The translations under genes were made by a program, and so were the position numbers. Below, piece by piece: positions 43,127 through 48,840 of a DNA stretch of 48,840 nucleotides. The stretch lies in the NCBI GenBank assembly GCA_020435705.1, contig JAGQZG010000001.1, positions 1-48,840 of the forward strand. The letters are read 5' to 3'. Below the pieces are notes generated by a model. It was not told where the DNA came from, ran no database searches, and worked only from the letters and a program-made list of their open reading frames with translations. Source of the DNA: Mangrovimonas sp. (lineage in GTDB: Bacteria > Bacteroidota > Bacteroidia > Flavobacteriales > Flavobacteriaceae). Position 1 is the stretch's first letter, and each line of letters begins with the position of its first letter.

Positions 43127-43948
43127 CTATTCTTTGATTATTTTAAATGAGCCTATAGTTTCACCTATAAACACCTTCATTATATATAATCCTTTAGGCA
43201 GGTTGGCAATGTTCACTTCTGTACGTATACTATCAATGGTTTCTTTTAATACCTGTTTCCCCAAAATGTCAAATACTTCAATTTTGCTAATGGGTTGTGA
43301 GGCTGATAGTTTGACGAAATCTTTTGCTGGGTTAGGATATATTTTCAAATTATAGGGCATTAAATCTTCTACTGAAAGTGAATTTGAGACGATTGAAACA
43401 TCATCTATATATTTAAAGTATCCTACGTTGTTATTGTAATATTGAAACCTTACTTGAGTTACGCCAGCTGGAACAGTAAAAGAAAACTTTGCTTCTTTCC
43501 AAGCATATGAAGGATTTTGGTTGGCAATACCACAACCATATTGTACGTTGTTAACTGCATTTCTGCCATTATCAGGAACAATAGGTGTTAAAACTAAATT
43601 TTGTCCTCCAGCAAGATCTCTTATTACAACATTTGTTGATGGAAGGAAGTCCGAAAATGTAAACCAAAAATTAACAATATATGTTTCACCAGGTGTTACA
43701 TCTACTAATTGAAGAAAAGAAGTTGCGCCGGTTCCCCAGTTTAGGGCTCGACCTGCATATGTTCCACTGTGGGTTGTCCCTGCTCCAACTACATCAGTAG
43801 CTTGAACAGCATCAACGCCATAACTAAGGTTCCAGCCTGGATTCCCTGTGGTTACACCTGTTTCAAAACCACCATTGGTAATAAGCTCTTGCCCAAATGT
43901 TACGGTGGTAATTAATAATAAGGGAATTAAAAAAGTAATTTTTTTCAT
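43127..43948 (-). CDS. secreted CBM-like beta-sandwich protein with a T9SS C-terminal sorting domain and no catalytic domain
   Basis: It has a signal peptide and a module ELITNGGFETG...VDVTPGETYIVNFW...FSFTVPAGVTQVRFQYY...IDDVSI. The C-terminal sorting domain runs from KIYPNPAKDFVKL to FKIIKE. Confidence 0.7.
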   Translation of the reverse strand: MKKITFLIPLLLITTVTFGQELITNGGFETGVTTGNPGWNLSYGVDAVQATDVVGAGTTHSGTYAGRALNWGTGATSFLQLVDVTPGETYIVNFWFTFSDFLPSTNVVIRDLAGGQNLVLTPIVPDNGRNAVNNVQYGCGIANQNPSYAWKEAKFSFTVPAGVTQVRFQYYNNNVGYFKYIDDVSIVSNSLSVEDLMPYNLKIYPNPAKDFVKLSASQPISKIEVFDILGKQVLKETIDSIRTEVNIANLPKGLYIMKVFIGETIGSFKIIKE

Positions 43949-43982
43949 AATGTAATAAGTTTAGCATTAAAAATTATTTTAA

Positions 43983-44015
43983 CCACCCACGATACATGTT
44001 AATGGTCATGGGTGG
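43983..44015 (-). terminator. possible terminator hairpin after the GH128-like gene
   Basis: ccacccacga-(13 nt)-tcatgggtgg has one mismatch. On the minus strand it is followed by an A/T-rich stretch without a clean T-run. Confidence 0.35.
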
Positions 44016-44025
44016 CATATTTTTG

Positions 44026-45360
44026 TCAAGGGGTAACTTTTAAGGATACATCGTCTAAAAAGAAGGGTGGAAAAGTTGGGTTAACCTGACCCTTGTAGAA
44101 CAAAATTTTAATTTCACTAACATCATTAGGTACTGTAAATTCATATTCTGTTTCTTCCCAAACATCTGTTTGTGGCATATCTGGTAACGAGAATAAAAGC
44201 GCATTGCCATTATTATTTCTGATTTTTGCGGAAAAGGTGTTAGGCACTGGATCCCTCCATTTTGAGAAAAATTTCAAGGTGTAGGTTTCTCCCGGATCTA
44301 CATTTAAAACATAAAATAAAGAACCGTCATTGTTATTTAATCTGCCACAATAATTACCAGTATATGGTTCGGTAGTGGCAATTCCAACAACAGCATTGTT
44401 GAAGCCTTGCCAAGGAGCCAATTGAGCAGTTTCAAAGCCACCATTTATTAATAGTTCATCCTCATCAATTGGAGGCACGTATTCTGTGTCAACACCAGGC
44501 CCAATGTCTGGATTGGGATTGTGGTTTGCATAGATACTTCCCACATAGGTTTGGTTAACGTTTTCATCATCATACAAAGCAGAGGTATATAGCGCAGCAT
44601 TTCTGCCATCAAACCAAGAGTATCTAAACACCCAATCTATATCATCTAGAGCCGTTAAGGTTTCTTGCATGAAAGCTGCGACTTCTTCCTCTGAATGCGA
44701 ATTGTTTTCGGGGGAAGTCGCATTCCAATCTGCTACGGCAAATTCGGTAACCCAAATAGGTCTATTGTAGGCTTCGTAGGTTTGCTTCAGTTTGTTAATG
44801 AAACTGAGGACATTGGAGCCTCCGTAGTGATGGACAGCAACATAATCGACTCTAAGTCCGAGTTCATCTACTTTTTGCATAAACTCTGTCATCCATTCAT
44901 TTGTAGGGTTTACTGCAGCAGGGGAAACTAAAGGAACATTTAGTTGTTCTAAAGTTGGCCATAAGGCAATAGCTTCTTCTACGGACATGTTGGCTTGGTC
45001 TGTTCCATCGGGCTCGTTAAACCCTAAAACATATTTTACTTTTCCTTCATCAATTAGTTGTTGGATGCGTGTGATATTTTCGTTAGAAACAGAATTTGCT
45101 CCCCAAAACATGGGAACAAATTCTACGTTTTCAGGAATTTCCTCTCTGAGGACATTGCCCCAACTGTACATCCAGTAGGCGCCTAGCTCACTGGTTTTGT
45201 GGGACCATCTTTGATTGGAGTTGGTAAAGCAAACACCTTTTTTGTTTACGGCATCTTCTGTGGGGTCAGTGAAAGCAGGATCTCCAAAGTCACCTATTGT
45301 GTTTTTTTCACAACTTACCAGAAAAACCAGAGTGAGAAATAATAATGCGTATTTTTTCAT
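44026..45360 (-). CDS. lipoprotein glycoside hydrolase, clan GH-A Glyco_hydro_cc (GH128-like), with a C-terminal CBM-like module
   Basis: It has a lipobox (FLVSC). Glyco_hydro_cc-like blocks are KKGVCF, WMYSWG, EFVPMFWG, LGFNEPD (acid/base Glu), VAVHHYG and IWVTEFAV (nucleophile Glu). The C-terminal module is ELLINGGFETA...VDPGETYTLKFF...EFTVPNDVSEIKILFY...LDDVSL. Confidence 0.75.
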   Translation of the reverse strand: MKKYALLFLTLVFLVSCEKNTIGDFGDPAFTDPTEDAVNKKGVCFTNSNQRWSHKTSELGAYWMYSWGNVLREEIPENVEFVPMFWGANSVSNENITRIQQLIDEGKVKYVLGFNEPDGTDQANMSVEEAIALWPTLEQLNVPLVSPAAVNPTNEWMTEFMQKVDELGLRVDYVAVHHYGGSNVLSFINKLKQTYEAYNRPIWVTEFAVADWNATSPENNSHSEEEVAAFMQETLTALDDIDWVFRYSWFDGRNAALYTSALYDDENVNQTYVGSIYANHNPNPDIGPGVDTEYVPPIDEDELLINGGFETAQLAPWQGFNNAVVGIATTEPYTGNYCGRLNNNDGSLFYVLNVDPGETYTLKFFSKWRDPVPNTFSAKIRNNNGNALLFSLPDMPQTDVWEETEYEFTVPNDVSEIKILFYKGQVNPTFPPFFLDDVSLKVTP

Positions 45361-45376
45361 AATGTTTTTTTTAATG

Positions 45377-46924
45377 TTATTGCCAAGCAGGGTGTTGTAC
45401 TAAATTGGGGTTTACATCCAGCTCTGCGAGAGGAATAGGGAATACTTCAGATCTACCTCCTAGATATTGAGGATTATATGGCCCAACAGGATCGGATACA
45501 GCTCTTTGAAAGGCCTCTTCGATAGTTCCCCAGCGTTTTAAATCCATAAAGCGTAAACCTTCTAGAGCCAATTCTACTCTTCTCTCGTGTCTCACTATTT
45601 GGATCATTTCATCTTGGCCTACTGTTCCCTCCACATCTTCTACGTGAGGCATATTAACTCTGTCTCGTATTTGGTTTACTAACTGTCCCGCCCCGTTAAC
45701 ATCTCCTGTTTCAGCCAATGCTTCAGCTCTCATTAACAAAACATCTGCATACCTGATAACATAGAAATCTTGGGATCCTTCTCCATAAGAGGCATTTCCG
45801 TCAGCATCAGGGCCTCTTCTAATGTATTTTCTCATACCATAACTTGTTGGACCATTGCCAGGGAATACAGTTACTGGATTATCATAGAATTGATCTCCAG
45901 CAAAATAGATGGTTGCAAGGGCTCTTGGGTCTCTGTTCTCTCTTTGATCACTTGGGTTGAAAAGAGGAGAACTGGTAACAGGAAGGCCATCAGTGCAGTA
46001 ATAATCATTGACTAAGTTGGGCATGGGTCTTTGATCTACTTTGGGAGTGCCTGCATAAGTTCCTGAAAAAGTTTCTCCATTATTAGTATTATCTCCTCTT
46101 AAAAATCGTACTGAGAAAAGAATTTCAGATGAATTTTCTGCTGCGGGAGTAAAGAGTTCTGCATAGTCAGGGTGCAAGGAGTATCCTAAGCCCATAATTT
46201 GTTGGGTAAGGGACAAAACACCATACTCTCCTTCATATTGATGGTTGTATAGTTGTACTCTTGCCAGTAACCCCATGGCTGCCCCTTTTGTAGCATAACC
46301 ATACAGATCACTAGGTTGGGAAACTGGTAAATACTCTGCTGCCTTTTTTAGGTCTTCAATAATTTGGGCTGTAATTTCATCATAAGAATTCTTGGGCACA
46401 TAGGCCTCTTCCAGCGCTTGAGGTTCTGTAATTAAGGGGGCTTCTTCAAAATAGACAGCTAAATTGAAATACAGCAGCCCTCTTAGAAAGTAAGCCTGCC
46501 CAGCAAGTTCTTGCTTAGTTTCTAGAGGAATAAGATCTTCTGAAATAAGCTCTACATTTTTAATCACAGAGTTTACACGGGCTACACCTTGGTACAAATC
46601 ATTCCAAATGTTGGCTATTGAACCATGGGAAGGGTCTATAGTTCCTTCCATGAAAAGACCAGGACCTTCCCATTTGTATTGGTTGAAAGCGTTGTCTCCT
46701 AAGTTGTCAAAACCTGGAAGTCCTTGAAATCCGTTTAAACTTCCTCCATATAAGGATTTTGATTGTAAGGTGGAATACACGGCATTTAATGCTAAGTAAG
46801 CATCCGATTCGCTTGTCCAGAAATTGTCTTCAGCGATTTGAGTTAATGACGACCTATCTAAATAATCGTCAGAGCAACTTGCCAATAGTGTTGCCAAGCA
46901 ACAGATTATAAATATCTTTTTCAT
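45377..46924 (-). CDS. susD: SusD/RagB family nutrient-binding outer-membrane lipoprotein
   Basis: It has a lipobox (LLASC) and a TPR-like helical N-terminal half (AYLALNAVYS, AYFLRGLLYFNLAVYF). The C-terminal block is ERRVELALEGLRFMDLKRWG. It starts 4 nt downstream of susC. Confidence 0.9.
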   Translation of the reverse strand: MKKIFIICCLATLLASCSDDYLDRSSLTQIAEDNFWTSESDAYLALNAVYSTLQSKSLYGGSLNGFQGLPGFDNLGDNAFNQYKWEGPGLFMEGTIDPSHGSIANIWNDLYQGVARVNSVIKNVELISEDLIPLETKQELAGQAYFLRGLLYFNLAVYFEEAPLITEPQALEEAYVPKNSYDEITAQIIEDLKKAAEYLPVSQPSDLYGYATKGAAMGLLARVQLYNHQYEGEYGVLSLTQQIMGLGYSLHPDYAELFTPAAENSSEILFSVRFLRGDNTNNGETFSGTYAGTPKVDQRPMPNLVNDYYCTDGLPVTSSPLFNPSDQRENRDPRALATIYFAGDQFYDNPVTVFPGNGPTSYGMRKYIRRGPDADGNASYGEGSQDFYVIRYADVLLMRAEALAETGDVNGAGQLVNQIRDRVNMPHVEDVEGTVGQDEMIQIVRHERRVELALEGLRFMDLKRWGTIEEAFQRAVSDPVGPYNPQYLGGRSEVFPIPLAELDVNPNLVQHPAWQ

Positions 46925-46928
46925 AGAA

Positions 46929-48840
46929 TTATAGTTTTAAGTTTAAACCAAAGGTGATTGTTTTGTACAAAGGAGCATTTCTGTTACTTTGGCTTCCGTT
47001 GGCTCCTTCTGGGTCAAAATATTCTAGTCCTGTTAGGGTTAGTATGTTTTGGGCGCCTACATAAAATCTAACTTTTGTAATACTGTATTTTTCTAAAACT
47101 GATTGCGGTAAAGAATATCCTATTTCTATGTTTTTTAATCTTAAATAAGACGCATCTTGTACATAGAAACTGGAAACAATAGTGTTGTTTTGACCTCCTA
47201 CTCTAGGTAAGTTATTACTGGGGTTTTCAGGGGTCCATCTGTCAATCCAATATTCCAAGGCATTACTCCTGTTGTCGGGCATTGGTAAATTACCATTCCC
47301 CATTATGAGCCTGTCAACTCCTTTTACACCTTGGAATAGGAAGCTAAAATCAATTCCTTTATAATCTAAAGAGCCGTTAAAGTTTATCAATAAGTCTGGG
47401 TTGGGATCTCCAATAACGGTTCTGTCATTATCATCTACAACGCCGTCAGGAATCCCGTTAGGGCCTGAAATATCAGCATATCTAATGTCTCCTGGGCCTG
47501 TATTGGCATTTCCAAATTGGGTTGGTGAATTGGCAATTTCTTCCAAGCTTTGAAATATCCCGATGGCTTTATAGCCATAATAGGCCATGTAGGGTTCTCC
47601 AACTCTAATTATATTGGTATTGGTTATGGTTTCTTCACCACCTTCTCCTAAACCAGTAACTTCATTATTTAGGAATTTGGTGAGGCTAGCACCTAAACTA
47701 AATGAAAGATTTTCATTTATATTATCTCTGTAATTAACACCAAATTCTAAACCGGTATTAACCATAGAGGCAGCATTTTGGGCTTCCAACGTGGTAACTC
47801 CAAGAGTATTTGGGATGGGGAAATTGGTGTATAAAATATCGGTGCTGTTTCGGTTAAAATAATCGGCTACAATATCTAGTTTGTTGTTGAACATTCCCAA
47901 ATCAAGCCCTATGTCATATTGTTCTGTTTCTTCCCATTTGATGGAAGGATTGGCTAAGCTTGTTAGGGCAACTCCAGTAACCGTATTGTCATCTCCAAGT
48001 ACATAGTCTATACCGGGATTGTATGTTTGTGCATATATATAGTTACCAATTCTATCGTTACCGCTAACACCCCAACTGGCTCTAAGTTTAAGATTGTTGA
48101 TGAAGCTTATGCTTTGCATAAAATTTTCTCTTGATATTCTCCATCCTACCGAAGCAGAGGGGAAGTTCCCATACCTGTTTTGGGAATTGAATTTTGAAGA
48201 CCCATCTCGTCTCAAGTTAAATTCAGCAAGGTATTTGCCATCATAGTCATAATTGATTCTTCCAAAAAAGGATTGATAGGTCTCTTCTAATGCACTACCG
48301 GCAACAGCTGGATCTACAACACCACCAGCATTGAATTCTTCTAAATTGTTAGTAGGAAAACCACTTAATTGACCATTAAAATTGTCTGTTTTGTAATAGG
48401 ATACAGAGTGACCTAGCAACAGTCCAAAATTATGTACATCATTGAAACTTTTAGTATACTTCAGAATGTTTTCATTCAATAAGCGATATTGGAAATTTGT
48501 TGAATTCTTTAATGTGTTCAACTCATTGCTAGCTACAATATTTCCTTCCCAATCGTAGAGTATTGTGGTGGGACTAAAGTCTGATACATTTGAATAAATG
48601 ATATTGGCACTACCGCTTGTTTCAAAAGTTAAATCTTTGGTTAGGTTTAGGGAAAAACCTAGTCTTTGGCTTATGTTGATGTTGTCGCTTTCATAATTAC
48701 CCAAATAACCTCTTCTAATAGGGTTTTGTGTTAGATACGAAGGGTTGTCGTTATAATAAGCACCATCCACTATTCCATAATTGCCATTGCTATAATAGGC
48801 AGGTATGGTAGGGGCGGCTCTTTGGAAGGAGTAGATAATA
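46929..48840 (-). CDS. susC: SusC/RagA TonB-dependent outer-membrane transporter, N-terminus outside the window
   Basis: The reading frame stays open from 48770 to the window end. It has beta-barrel repeats and the terminal motif KTITFGLNLKL, with an aromatic-type residue near the end. A SusD gene follows it. Confidence 0.9.
   Translation of the reverse strand, partial: IIYSFQRAAPTIPAYYSNGNYGIVDGAYYNDNPSYLTQNPIRRGYLGNYESDNINISQRLGFSLNLTKDLTFETSGSANIIYSNVSDFSPTTILYDWEGNIVASNELNTLKNSTNFQYRLLNENILKYTKSFNDVHNFGLLLGHSVSYYKTDNFNGQLSGFPTNNLEEFNAGGVVDPAVAGSALEETYQSFFGRINYDYDGKYLAEFNLRRDGSSKFNSQNRYGNFPSASVGWRISRENFMQSISFINNLKLRASWGVSGNDRIGNYIYAQTYNPGIDYVLGDDNTVTGVALTSLANPSIKWEETEQYDIGLDLGMFNNKLDIVADYFNRNSTDILYTNFPIPNTLGVTTLEAQNAASMVNTGLEFGVNYRDNINENLSFSLGASLTKFLNNEVTGLGEGGEETITNTNIIRVGEPYMAYYGYKAIGIFQSLEEIANSPTQFGNANTGPGDIRYADISGPNGIPDGVVDDNDRTVIGDPNPDLLINFNGSLDYKGIDFSFLFQGVKGVDRLIMGNGNLPMPDNRSNALEYWIDRWTPENPSNNLPRVGGQNNTIVSSFYVQDASYLRLKNIEIGYSLPQSVLEKYSITKVRFYVGAQNILTLTGLEYFDPEGANGSQSNRNAPLYKTITFGLNLKL

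Noticed and set aside
1-48840. A search for CRISPR arrays, rRNA genes, IS elements or transposases, integrases, toxin-antitoxin pairs and recognisable defence systems.
   Set aside because: I saw no regularly spaced direct repeats, no rRNA-like conserved blocks, and no ORF with transposase, integrase, nuclease-helicase or other defence-type motifs. Apart from the PUL, the window reads as core housekeeping DNA.

Overview
This window looks like a chromosomal segment from a Bacteroidota genome, most likely a marine Flavobacteriaceae-type organism. The evidence for that placement is a SusC/SusD pair, four proteins with type IX secretion (T9SS) C-terminal sorting domains, recurrent TAnnTTTG -7 promoter boxes, a ribosomal protein S16 with a long Ala/Glu-rich tail, and no obvious Shine-Dalgarno usage. 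All family assignments come from reading motifs by eye. No database search was run.

Positions 1-38.4 kb are densely packed housekeeping genes:
- Central metabolism and pyrimidine synthesis: ald (5' partial), pckA, a dihydroorotase-like gene.
- Amino-acid catabolism: an Lrp regulator with saccharopine dehydrogenase, and a glutaryl-CoA-dehydrogenase-like gene.
- Translation and RNA modification: tyrS, trmB, a TrmN6-like methyltransferase, rimM, rpsP, rpsU, tRNA-Asp(GTC).
- Replication and stress: dnaE, trxA, a cold-shock protein, a ClpP-like gene followed by a DUF58 gene.
- Redox and signalling: an Mrp/NifU/FNR/ferredoxin cluster and an OmpR-type two-component pair.

Positions 38.4-48.8 kb hold a minus-strand polysaccharide utilization locus (PUL). 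Its gene order is SusC (partial), SusD, a GH128-like clan GH-A hydrolase, a protein carrying only a carbohydrate-binding-module (CBM)-like domain and a T9SS domain, an S1 sulfatase, a CBM-GH16-T9SS enzyme, and an unclassified right-handed beta-helix protein.

I saw no rRNA, CRISPR array, transposase, integrase or recognisable defence system, and I cannot point to a clear-cut novel system.

The most noteworthy items are:
- the mixed beta-glucanase/sulfatase/beta-helix PUL, in which one CBM-like module appears three times;
- a DnaE with a complete DEDDh exonuclease fused to its N-terminus;
- an Mrp/ApbC homologue lacking the CXXC motif, sitting beside NifU/FNR/ferredoxin;
- a nearly cargo-less T9SS mini-protein;
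- an imperfect ~46-nt direct repeat of the tRNA-Asp 3' flank that brackets csp-rpsU right at the PUL boundary.
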